A stretch of 64,000 bases of DNA, from the NCBI GenBank assembly GCA_030739855.1, contig JASLYJ010000002.1, forward strand, positions 17,793 to 81,792, given 5' to 3'. Positions within the stretch are counted from its first letter, which is position 1. Each line of letters starts with the position of its first letter. This document shows positions 30,427 to 38,590 of this stretch, in pieces. Source of the stretch: Alphaproteobacteria bacterium. Lineage in GTDB: Bacteria > Pseudomonadota > Alphaproteobacteria > UBA11136. The notes under the pieces are model-generated. The model was not told where the DNA came from. It saw only the letters and a program-made list of their open reading frames with translations, and searched no databases. A program made the position numbers and the translations under genes.

Positions 30427-31358
30427 TACTCGTTATCGAATCCGTGGCACCGGTCTTCCTGTTGATCGTGCTTGGCTATGCCCTGCGAAGAAAACACTTT
30501 CTTTCCGAGGGATTTTGGGAAGGTGCCGACAGGCTTACCTATTTCGTGCTCTTTCCAGCTCTCATCCTCCATACTTTGACGGGTGCCGATCTTGTTAATC
30601 TATCCATATCCGGCATGGCGCTAGCGCTGGCTTCCCCGGTGCTTTTAGTGGCTATAACCCTAAGTCTGGTTCGTGCTAAATTCAGACCCTGGGGCCACGA
30701 CGGCCCGGCCTATACCTCTCTCTTCCAGGGAGCCATCCGCCCTAATACTTTCATGGGTCTCGCTGCTGCTGCCTCCCTTTACGGCGAGGCCGGATTGGCC
30801 TTAGCTGCCGTGGCCGTAGTGGTCCTGACCCCCATGGTGAACCTACTCTCGGCCTCCGCCCTTGCTCGTCATGCCTCCAAGGAACATACAGTAGCTAAGG
30901 ACCAGGTCCTTCTAATCGCCACCAACCCCCTGATCCTCGCCTCTCTGGTCGGCGTCATTCTGAACCTCAGCGGCATCGACCTCCCTACCTTCGCCGCACC
31001 CCTCTTCGATACACTGGGGCGAGGGGCCCTGACTCTGGGTCTGCTATCGGTGGGAGCGGGTCTTTTCCCCATGGCCGCACGCAGCGATGGAGGCTCCTCC
31101 CTCTCAACTCTTATTTTCTCCTGTGCTACGAAACTTGTTCTCCTTCCCCTGCTAACCGCCACCTTCCTTCACCTCTTCGCAGTCCAGGGTATAACCGCCG
31201 CGGTAGCCATCCTCTTCGCCGCACTACCCACCTCGGCCACAGCCTACGTGATGGCACGCCAGCTCGGCGGCGATCATACCCTCATGGCACGCATTATCAC
31301 CATAGAGACCCTTGCCGCCACCTGCACCCTTCCCGCCTGCCTGATTCTACTACCCTGA
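30423..31358 (+). CDS. AEC (auxin efflux carrier) family transporter
   Basis: 311 aa, about 10 TM segments. N-terminus V-A-P-V-F-L-L-I-V-L-G-Y-A-L-R-R typical of the Mem_trans/AEC family. The ATG overlaps the ruvX stop (ATGA). Confidence 0.7.
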   Translation: MILVIESVAPVFLLIVLGYALRRKHFLSEGFWEGADRLTYFVLFPALILHTLTGADLVNLSISGMALALASPVLLVAITLSLVRAKFRPWGHDGPAYTSLFQGAIRPNTFMGLAAAASLYGEAGLALAAVAVVVLTPMVNLLSASALARHASKEHTVAKDQVLLIATNPLILASLVGVILNLSGIDLPTFAAPLFDTLGRGALTLGLLSVGAGLFPMAARSDGGSSLSTLIFSCATKLVLLPLLTATFLHLFAVQGITAAVAILFAALPTSATAYVMARQLGGDHTLMARIITIETLAATCTLPACLILLP

Positions 31359-31441
31359 AGGTGCCTTCGCCGCTTTCCTTGCCGTGCTGGGCCGGTTCCC
31401 CTATAAAATCCCCTTCACGCCAAACTGGACTGAACCCACCC

Positions 31442-32683
31442 ATGACCGGCCTTTCCTCCGACCACACACATGCTCCCCTTTCGGGCGTCCGTGTTTTAGA
31501 CATGACGCGAGTTCTAGCAGGTCCCACCTGCACCCAAATTCTGGGCGACCTAGGAGCTGACGTAATCAAAATCGAGCGCCCGGGGCGTGGTGACGACTCC
31601 CGGGGGATGGGTCCTCCCTATCTCAAGGACGCGGAGGACAAAGACACCCAGGAAAGTGCCTACTTCCTCAGCGTCAACCGCAACAAACGCTCTATCACCC
31701 TCAACCTCACCTCAAAAGAGGGGCAGAAGTTGGCACGGCGCATGATCAGTAAGTGTGACGTGGTGGTGGAGAACTTCCGTCCCGGTACTCTGACCCAGTA
31801 CGGCCTTGCCCATGATCAGATAAGGAAGGATTTCCCCTTCCTCATATATTGTTCCATAACCGGGTTTGGCCAGACTGGGCCCTATGCGTCGCGCGGTGGC
31901 TACGACTATCTTGTCCAGGGTATGGGCGGCATCATGAGCGTCACTGGGAAACCCGACGGCCCACCCGAAAAGGTGGGAGTGGGCGTCTCGGACATCATCA
32001 CCGGCATGTACGCAGTTATTGCCATCCAGGCAGCCCTGCGCCACCGCGAGCTCACCGGCGAGGGCCAGCACATCGACATGGCCCTGCTCGATTCCCAAGT
32101 AGCCTGGCTAAGCTATGTGGGTGAGAACTATCTGATCTCCGGCGAAGTACCGCAAAGGCTAGGAAACCATCATCCCAACATCGTGCCCTATCAGGTGTTC
32201 CGGGCCAGTGATGGGCTTCTAGTCCTTGCCGTAGGTAACGACGCACAGTTTGAGCGTTTCTGCAAATTTGCGGGATGTCCAGACCTAGCTGCTGACAAGC
32301 GCTACACTACAAACGCCGCAAGGGTGAAAAACAGGGGTAGCCTTACTCCCGTCCTTGCCGACATTGTCGCCGGTAAATCCATAGCCCACTGGATAGAGGG
32401 GTTGGTGGACGTCAATGTACCGTGTAGCCCCATTAATACTATAGACCAAGTTTTTGCCGATCCTCAGGTGATTGCCCGCAACATGAAGATCGCCATGCCC
32501 CATCCCCATGTTGCCGGGGAGACCATAGACCTCATCGCCAACCCTTTACGCCTTTCACGCTCACCCGTCTCTTACCGTCAATCTCCGCCAAAACTGGGGC
32601 AGCACACAGCGGAGGTTCTGGAAGAACTACTGGAGATAAGCCAGCAGGAGATGGTGTCCCTGCACGATAAAGGAGTCATTTGA
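31442..32683 (+). CDS. Family III CoA-transferase (CaiB/BaiF type)
   Basis: G-V-R-V-L-D-M-T-R-V-L-A-G-P-T-C-T-Q-I-L-G-D-L-G-A-D-V-I-K-I-E-R-P-G-R-G-D-D-S-R is the hallmark N-terminal block. Start trimmed from the GTG at 31361 to the ATG at 31442. Confidence 0.8.
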   Translation: MTGLSSDHTHAPLSGVRVLDMTRVLAGPTCTQILGDLGADVIKIERPGRGDDSRGMGPPYLKDAEDKDTQESAYFLSVNRNKRSITLNLTSKEGQKLARRMISKCDVVVENFRPGTLTQYGLAHDQIRKDFPFLIYCSITGFGQTGPYASRGGYDYLVQGMGGIMSVTGKPDGPPEKVGVGVSDIITGMYAVIAIQAALRHRELTGEGQHIDMALLDSQVAWLSYVGENYLISGEVPQRLGNHHPNIVPYQVFRASDGLLVLAVGNDAQFERFCKFAGCPDLAADKRYTTNAARVKNRGSLTPVLADIVAGKSIAHWIEGLVDVNVPCSPINTIDQVFADPQVIARNMKIAMPHPHVAGETIDLIANPLRLSRSPVSYRQSPPKLGQHTAEVLEELLEISQQEMVSLHDKGVI

Positions 32684-32743
32684 GGTCCCTTTTTCCACCA
32701 CCGCTTGCAGGTTTCTTCAAGGTGTGTTTATAGTCCGCCTTTG

Positions 32744-33709
32744 ATGAGCGCTGTAACGCTGAAGATTCGCTTTCCTCACCGACATCTTCTCGGCATTGAG
32801 GGGGTTTCTCCCGACGAGATTTCCGGGCTTCTCGACCTTTCTGAATCTCACGTAGAACAGAATCGCCAGACAGACAAAAACCGCACCACGTTGCGCGGGC
32901 GCACCTGTATCAACCTCTTCTTCGAGAACTCCACCCGCACCCGCACCTCGTTTGAACTGGCGGGGAAGCGACTGGGTGCTGACGTTATCAATATGTCGGT
33001 ATCCACCAGTTCCATCAAGAAGGGCGAGACCCTGATCGATACCGCTATGACACTAAACGCCATGCACCCAGACGTGCTAGTGGTGCGCCATCCAGACTCT
33101 GGCGCGGTCCAGCTACTCTCTGAGAAGGTCAATTGTGCCGTCATAAACGGCGGTGACGGCCGCCACGAACATCCTACCCAGGCGCTTCTCGACGCGCTAA
33201 CTATCCGCCGCCGCAAGGGAAAGCTTTCCGGCCTTTGCGTGGCCATCTGCGGCGACATCATGCATTCTCGCGTGGCCCGCTCCAACATCCATCTGCTCTC
33301 CACCATGGGAGCACAGGTGCGGGTGGTAGCGCCGCCTACCTTGCTTCCCGCTAAGATCGGCACCTTAGGTGTGGAGATCTTCCACCGCATGGAAGAGGGT
33401 CTCAGGGACTGTGACATCGTCATGATGCTGCGCCTGCAGCTTGAACGCATGAACGGCTCTTTTGTGCCCTCGGTACGTGAATATTTCCGTTTCTACGGAC
33501 TCGACTACGCTAAACTGGAAGTAGCCAAACCAGACGCCTTAATTATGCATCCGGGACCCATGAACCGGGGCGTGGAGATCGACGGTGAACTGGCCGACGA
33601 TATTGACCGCAGTGTCATCCGTGAACAGGTGGAGATGGGGGTAGCAGTACGTATGGCCTGTCTCGAGACGCTCACCGGTGCCCTTCCAAAAATTGAGTGT
33701 AAGACCTGA
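32744..33709 (+). CDS. pyrB: Aspartate carbamoyltransferase catalytic chain
   Basis: [17 protein letters not shown] and [11 protein letters not shown] motifs. Start trimmed from the TTG at 32705 to the ATG at 32744. Confidence 0.9.
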   Translation: MSAVTLKIRFPHRHLLGIEGVSPDEISGLLDLSESHVEQNRQTDKNRTTLRGRTCINLFFENSTRTRTSFELAGKRLGADVINMSVSTSSIKKGETLIDTAMTLNAMHPDVLVVRHPDSGAVQLLSEKVNCAVINGGDGRHEHPTQALLDALTIRRRKGKLSGLCVAICGDIMHSRVARSNIHLLSTMGAQVRVVAPPTLLPAKIGTLGVEIFHRMEEGLRDCDIVMMLRLQLERMNGSFVPSVREYFRFYGLDYAKLEVAKPDALIMHPGPMNRGVEIDGELADDIDRSVIREQVEMGVAVRMACLETLTGALPKIECKT

Positions 33710-35064
33710 TGGCAAAGGGAGCAAAAAAAACAAAGACGGTGAAGGCAAAGGCAGCTCCAGCATCTACCGTCAAGGTCGCCCGCACAGCTTATGTGAACGC
33801 TCACCTTATCGATCCTGCAAGCGGCCTCGACGCTCCGGGCGGCTTATTGAGCAACGATGGTCTAATCACTGATTTCGGACCAGATCTCTATGCCGACGGC
33901 ACGCCGGAGGATGCTGAGACCATAGACTGTCAAGGACGTATCTTGGCGCCAGGACTAGTGGACATGCGGGTACAACTCCGCGATCCTGGACACGAGCACG
34001 AGGAGGCAACGGCTTCAGCGGCAGCAGGTGGAATCACTACCATCATTGTCCTTCCTAGCACCGACCCCGCTATCGACAGTGTCGCCTTGGTGGAATTCAT
34101 CGTGCGCCGCGCTCGTGAAGTGGGACTAATAAATATTTATCCTATGGCAGCACTGACCCAAGGCCTAGAAGGCCGGGAGATCACCGAGATGGGCCTACTC
34201 ACCGAGGCTGGGGCGGTCGCTTTCAGTGATGGCGTAGCCCCCATCGATGATAGCCTTGTTATGCGCAGGGCACTCAGTTACGCCCGCAGCTTCGATCTTC
34301 TCATCATCCAGCGCCCAGAAGATAGAAGTCTCGCCAATGAGGGTGTCATGAACGAGGGAGAGATTGCCACCCGGCTGGGTTTGGCCGGCATCCCCAACGC
34401 CGCCGAGACCATCCAGCTGGAACGGGACATCCAGCTTGTAGAGTTGACGGGCGGACGCTATCACGCATCCCTTCTCTCAACGGCTAAATCGGTGGATTTG
34501 GTGCGCCGTGCTAAGATGCGCGGACTTGACGTTACCTGCGATACAGCCCCGCCTTATTTTGCCCTCAATGAGATCGCCGTGGGCGACTACCGGACCTTCT
34601 CCCGTCTCTCCCCACCCCTGCGCCGCGAAGAAGACCGCTGTGCCGTGGTCGAAGGTCTAGAGGACGGCACCATTGACGTTATCGTTAGCGATCACGCGCC
34701 TCACCACCAAGACAGCAAACGCCAACCTTTTGCGCAGGCCGAAAGCGGAGCGGTAGGTCTGGAAACCCTGCTTGCCGTAGCCCTCGACCTTACCCGAGAG
34801 GGGTCGCTTTCGCTCTCTGATATGCTTGGGAAAGTCACCTGTGGGCCCGCGGATATCCTCGGCCTTCATGCCGGCAGGCTGAAAAAGGGGGCGGCGGCAG
34901 ATCTCGTCATCTTCGATCCCGGGGCGCCCTGGAAAATAGATGCGGATCGCCTCATTAGCAAATCAAAGAATACACCATTCGACGGGAAACTGGCTCAGGG
35001 CCGTGTCATCCGTTCTGTTATCGCCGGTAAAACCGTCTTCCATGCTCCCGATCTTGACGTCTAA
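33709..35064 (+). CDS. Dihydroorotase-like protein with a degenerate metal-binding site (PyrC'-type, probably non-catalytic)
   Basis: 451 aa amidohydrolase-fold protein collinear with type-I DHOases. The HxH motif reads D-M-R-V-Q-L-R (33961-33981) and several other expected His positions are substituted; S-D-H-A-P-H is retained. The ATG overlaps the pyrB stop (TGATG). Confidence 0.75.
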   Translation: MAKGAKKTKTVKAKAAPASTVKVARTAYVNAHLIDPASGLDAPGGLLSNDGLITDFGPDLYADGTPEDAETIDCQGRILAPGLVDMRVQLRDPGHEHEEATASAAAGGITTIIVLPSTDPAIDSVALVEFIVRRAREVGLINIYPMAALTQGLEGREITEMGLLTEAGAVAFSDGVAPIDDSLVMRRALSYARSFDLLIIQRPEDRSLANEGVMNEGEIATRLGLAGIPNAAETIQLERDIQLVELTGGRYHASLLSTAKSVDLVRRAKMRGLDVTCDTAPPYFALNEIAVGDYRTFSRLSPPLRREEDRCAVVEGLEDGTIDVIVSDHAPHHQDSKRQPFAQAESGAVGLETLLAVALDLTREGSLSLSDMLGKVTCGPADILGLHAGRLKKGAAADLVIFDPGAPWKIDADRLISKSKNTPFDGKLAQGRVIRSVIAGKTVFHAPDLDV

Positions 35065-35079
35065 AATCTCTGAGCGGTA

Positions 35080-35688
35080 GTGGGAATGGAAACAGCCCAG
35101 AGCGATATCCTGATATTCATCATGGCGGCGCTTGGGGGATATTTTTTAGGTGCGGTGCCCTTCGGCCTACTCCTCACCCGGCTTGGAGGATTAGGCGACA
35201 TTCGTACCATGGGTTCAGGCAACATCGGCGCCACCAATGCGCTGAGAACCGGCAACAAAGCTCTTGCCACCCTGACCCTACTTCTGGATATCGGAAAAGG
35301 GGCTCTAGCTGTGCTCGTGTTTCTGCACTGGGGACGGGATATGGCCTTCGTGGCGGCAGCCGGTAGCTTAACTGGTCACATTTTTCCCCTATGGCTGAAA
35401 TTCAGGGGCGGCAAGGGGGTAGCCACCGTCCTAGGGAACCTGCTGGCGCTCAATTGGCTAGTGGGCCTACCAGCCTGTATCACATGGATCGTGGTAGGCT
35501 TTCTTTTCCGATATTCGTCGCTGGCCGCGTTGGTGGCTATGGCGACAGCACCATTCTATTCCCTGTGGTGGGACGACACTTCCATGGCCATCTATACAGC
35601 CCTTGCGGCCATCCTCGTCTGGTACCAGCATACCGACAACATCCGCCGTCTTTTCAACGGCGAGGAAACGAAAATTGGTGCCGATTGA
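35080..35688 (+). CDS. plsY: Glycerol-3-phosphate acyltransferase (acyl-phosphate dependent)
   Basis: 202 aa, 5 TM segments. G-S-G-N-I-G-A-T-N-A-L-R and K-G-G-K-G-V-A-T motifs. The ORF-track start is GTG at 35080; an ATG lies at 35086. Confidence 0.9.
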   Translation: MGMETAQSDILIFIMAALGGYFLGAVPFGLLLTRLGGLGDIRTMGSGNIGATNALRTGNKALATLTLLLDIGKGALAVLVFLHWGRDMAFVAAAGSLTGHIFPLWLKFRGGKGVATVLGNLLALNWLVGLPACITWIVVGFLFRYSSLAALVAMATAPFYSLWWDDTSMAIYTALAAILVWYQHTDNIRRLFNGEETKIGAD

Positions 35689-36000
35689 TTTCCGAGACGA
35701 CCGGCTGACAAAATTTTTTGTTGGGTATGGAGAATACCTAAAATTAAGGCGTGGAGCCATGGAGAACCCAACCCGCGAACCGGTCATGAAACTCCCAGTG
35801 AGAGCCAATCAGGGAGATATAACAACACACGAAGGAACGGCCCATCGAGGCATGTCCATCACCAACAAAAATAACCCGCTATCTCGGTAGGCGGTTGACG
35901 AATCATATTTGCAATGCCAATTGTCACCCGCAACGGTCAGCACTTCTGGCATATCCAGGCGCTGCTGTTCTTTCTATAAGGTTAATCAACGGACTGCCCC

Positions 36001-38574
36001 ATGAACGTTGTCGTTGTCGAATCCCCCGCCAAGGCAAAAACCATAAATAAATATCTCGGTGAGAACTACACCGTGCTCGCCAGCTATGGCCACGTGCGTG
36101 ATCTTCCTTCAAAGGACGGGTCGGTGCAGCCGGATCAGGATTTCGCCATGACCTGGGAGGTAGAGAGCAAGTCCAAAAAACATCTCGATACCATCGCCAA
36201 GGCCCTTAAGGGGGCTGAAAATCTTTATCTTGCCACCGATCCCGACCGCGAGGGCGAAGCCATTTCCTGGCATATCGCCGAGATTCTCAAGCAACGCCGG
36301 GGCCTGGAGAACATCAAGGTCAGCCGCGTGGTGTTTCACGAAATCACCCGCAACGCCATTCTCGAGGCCATGGCGCATCCACGCGAACTCGACCTTGCCC
36401 TCGTGGAGGCCTATCTTGCCCGGCGTACCCTCGATTATCTCTTCGGGTTCACTCTCTCTCCCGTATTGTGGCGTAAACTTCCCGGCAGCCGTTCCGCCGG
36501 GCGCGTGCAATCGGTGGCGTTGCGCTTGATTTGTGAGCGCGAAGCTGAAGTCGAATGTTTCAGGCCACAGGAATACTGGACGGTCGAGGGCACCTTTCGC
36601 ACGCCCTCCGGAGCACAATTTTCAGCCAGCCTGGCCTATTTGAATGGCGAGAAACTCGATAAGTTCTCACTCGCAGACGCCGATACCGCCGAAAAGGCCG
36701 AAGCCGCAACCAAGGCGGAAAATTATTCAGTAGCCTTGGTCGAACGCAAAACGATCAAGCGCAACCCATATCCCCCTTTCACCACTTCGACTCTGCAGCA
36801 GGAGGCGTCCCGAAAATTGGGTTTGGGGACCTCGCGCACTATGAATCTTGCCCAGAGGCTTTATGAAGGCGTCACCATTGACGGAGAGACACAGGGTTTG
36901 ATTACCTATATGAGAACCGACAGCGTTACCCTTGCTGGCGAGGCCGTAGCCGGCTGCAGACAGCTTATCGGCGAGAAATTCGGCGGGGAGTATCTTCCCG
37001 ATGCGCCTCGCATGCACAGGACCAAGGCTAAAAATGCTCAGGAGGCCCACGAAGCCATCCGCCCCACCAACCCGACCCGGACGCCCCAGAATGTGGCGGG
37101 CCATCTCGACCGAGACCAGCACCGGCTCTATGAACTGATATGGAAGCGCACCATAGCCAGCCAGATGGCTACCGCCAACATCGAAAAGGTGGGTGTGGAC
37201 CTTGAAAGCAGCGATCGGAAAACCCGTTTTCGGGCCACGGGATCGGTGATTCTTTTCGACGGATTTCTCAAGCTCTATCAGGAAGGACGGGATGATACGC
37301 CGGATGAGAACGCCGATGGGCGTATTCTGCCTGCAATGGAAGAAGGCGAGATCCACGATCTTGTGGAAGCCGCACAGGAACAGCATTTCACCAAACCACC
37401 CCCCCGCTATAGCGAGGCCAGTTTGGTTAAGAAACTCGAGGAACTGGGGATAGGCCGGCCTTCCACCTATGCCAGCATCATCGACGTACTTCAGGCCCGC
37501 AATTATGTCCATCTGGAAAGAAAGCGTTTTATTCCCGAGGACCGGGGGCGGATCGTCACCGCTTTTCTGGAAAACTTTTTTCAGCGCTACGTCCAGTACA
37601 CCTTTACCGCTGATCTTGAAAACCAGCTCGACGACATCTCCGGCGGGCTCATTGACTGGAAAAGAGTGCTAGAAAACTTCTGGTCTGCCTTCACCCAAGC
37701 CGTGGAAGACGCCAGCGGGTATACCGTACGTCAGGTCATTGACGCCTTGGATGAAGAGCTCGGCCCTCACTTCTTTCCCGAAACTACAGATGGCACAAAA
37801 CCCCGCGCCTGTCCAACCTGCGCGGATGGCCGCCTGGGGCTAAAACTCAGCAAGACCGGCGGCTTCATCGGCTGCTCTAATTATCCTGACTGTACTTATA
37901 CCCGGTCTCTGGCTGTGGACAACAGTGGTGAGGGTGGCGCCAAAAATGGGCCGCGTAGTCTGGGCACCGATGAACGAGGCGGTCAAGAAATCACCCTGCG
38001 AAAAGGCCCTTATGGTTTTTACGTCCAACTTGGTGAGGGTGAGAAAGACAAAAAACCGAAACGTAAATCTCTACCCCGGACCCTTTCTCCCGAAACCATT
38101 GATTTGATCGCGGCACAAGCACTTCTTGCGCTGCCACGAACCGTAGGTGCTCACCCCGAAAGTAATAAGACCATCATCGCCGATATCGGCCCCTATGGTC
38201 CCTATCTCAAACATGACGGGGCTTATACTTCCCTGAAGGGGGATGATGATGTCTTGACCATTGGCATCAACCGGGCCGTGGACCTTATTTCCCGTTCACG
38301 CAAAGACGGAAACGGTGCGGGCCGTGAACTGGGAGCCCACCCCGATGACGGCAAGCCGGTGGTTCTGAAGACCGGCCGCTACGGCCCCTATGTGTCCCAC
38401 AGACACATCAATGCGTCCCTGCCAAAGGATACTTCCAGCGACAGTATAACTCTGGAGGAGGCCGTGTCCCTCATTATGGCAAAGGGCAAGCCGGCGGGAA
38501 GCGGGAAAAAGAAAAAAGTGGCCAAATCGAAGAAATCAGTCAGGGCAAAATCTAAATCCAAGATTTCTAACTAA
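36001..38574 (+). CDS. topA: DNA topoisomerase I
   Basis: 857 aa. Toprim start V-V-V-E-S-P-A-K-A-K-T-I-N-K-Y-L-G, catalytic Tyr region I-T-Y-M-R-T-D-S, one C4 zinc ribbon (C-P-T-C...C-S-N-Y-P-D-C) and a Lys-rich tail. Confidence 0.95.
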   Translation: MNVVVVESPAKAKTINKYLGENYTVLASYGHVRDLPSKDGSVQPDQDFAMTWEVESKSKKHLDTIAKALKGAENLYLATDPDREGEAISWHIAEILKQRRGLENIKVSRVVFHEITRNAILEAMAHPRELDLALVEAYLARRTLDYLFGFTLSPVLWRKLPGSRSAGRVQSVALRLICEREAEVECFRPQEYWTVEGTFRTPSGAQFSASLAYLNGEKLDKFSLADADTAEKAEAATKAENYSVALVERKTIKRNPYPPFTTSTLQQEASRKLGLGTSRTMNLAQRLYEGVTIDGETQGLITYMRTDSVTLAGEAVAGCRQLIGEKFGGEYLPDAPRMHRTKAKNAQEAHEAIRPTNPTRTPQNVAGHLDRDQHRLYELIWKRTIASQMATANIEKVGVDLESSDRKTRFRATGSVILFDGFLKLYQEGRDDTPDENADGRILPAMEEGEIHDLVEAAQEQHFTKPPPRYSEASLVKKLEELGIGRPSTYASIIDVLQARNYVHLERKRFIPEDRGRIVTAFLENFFQRYVQYTFTADLENQLDDISGGLIDWKRVLENFWSAFTQAVEDASGYTVRQVIDALDEELGPHFFPETTDGTKPRACPTCADGRLGLKLSKTGGFIGCSNYPDCTYTRSLAVDNSGEGGAKNGPRSLGTDERGGQEITLRKGPYGFYVQLGEGEKDKKPKRKSLPRTLSPETIDLIAAQALLALPRTVGAHPESNKTIIADIGPYGPYLKHDGAYTSLKGDDDVLTIGINRAVDLISRSRKDGNGAGRELGAHPDDGKPVVLKTGRYGPYVSHRHINASLPKDTSSDSITLEEAVSLIMAKGKPAGSGKKKKVAKSKKSVRAKSKSKISN

Positions 38575-38590
38575 CCCTTTCTGTTGTTTT

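Noticed and set aside
32848-33450. 200-aa antisense ORF within pyrB. Similar cases: 45345-45974 in aspS, 16899-17486 in spoT, 9883-10377 in parC
   Set aside because: The reasoning is the same as for the topA antisense ORF. Each is fully nested antisense to a gene with strong family motifs, and the translations are low-complexity (Ser/Arg/Pro-rich).
33723-33730. A8 homopolymer in the PyrC'-like N-terminal tail (and T8 at 44917-44924 in the aspS tail), considered as phase-variation slippage tracts
   Set aside because: Both simply encode runs of Lys codons in basic tails of essential-pathway genes. The reading frames are intact and nothing suggests on/off switching.
35603-35890. 95-aa ORF running from inside plsY into the plsY-topA spacer, considered as a dprA remnant or novel small gene
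   Set aside because: It starts out of frame within plsY. The translation shows no DprA-like (Rossmann, G-x-A-x-G-I-D) or other motif, and there is no SD before its internal ATGs.
36727-37512. 261-aa ORF on the minus strand, the longest unassigned ORF in the track
   Set aside because: It lies entirely inside and antisense to topA, whose protein motifs are unambiguous. It has no Shine-Dalgarno sequence and no recognisable motifs. Long antisense ORFs are expected from codon-position GC bias in moderately GC-rich genes.
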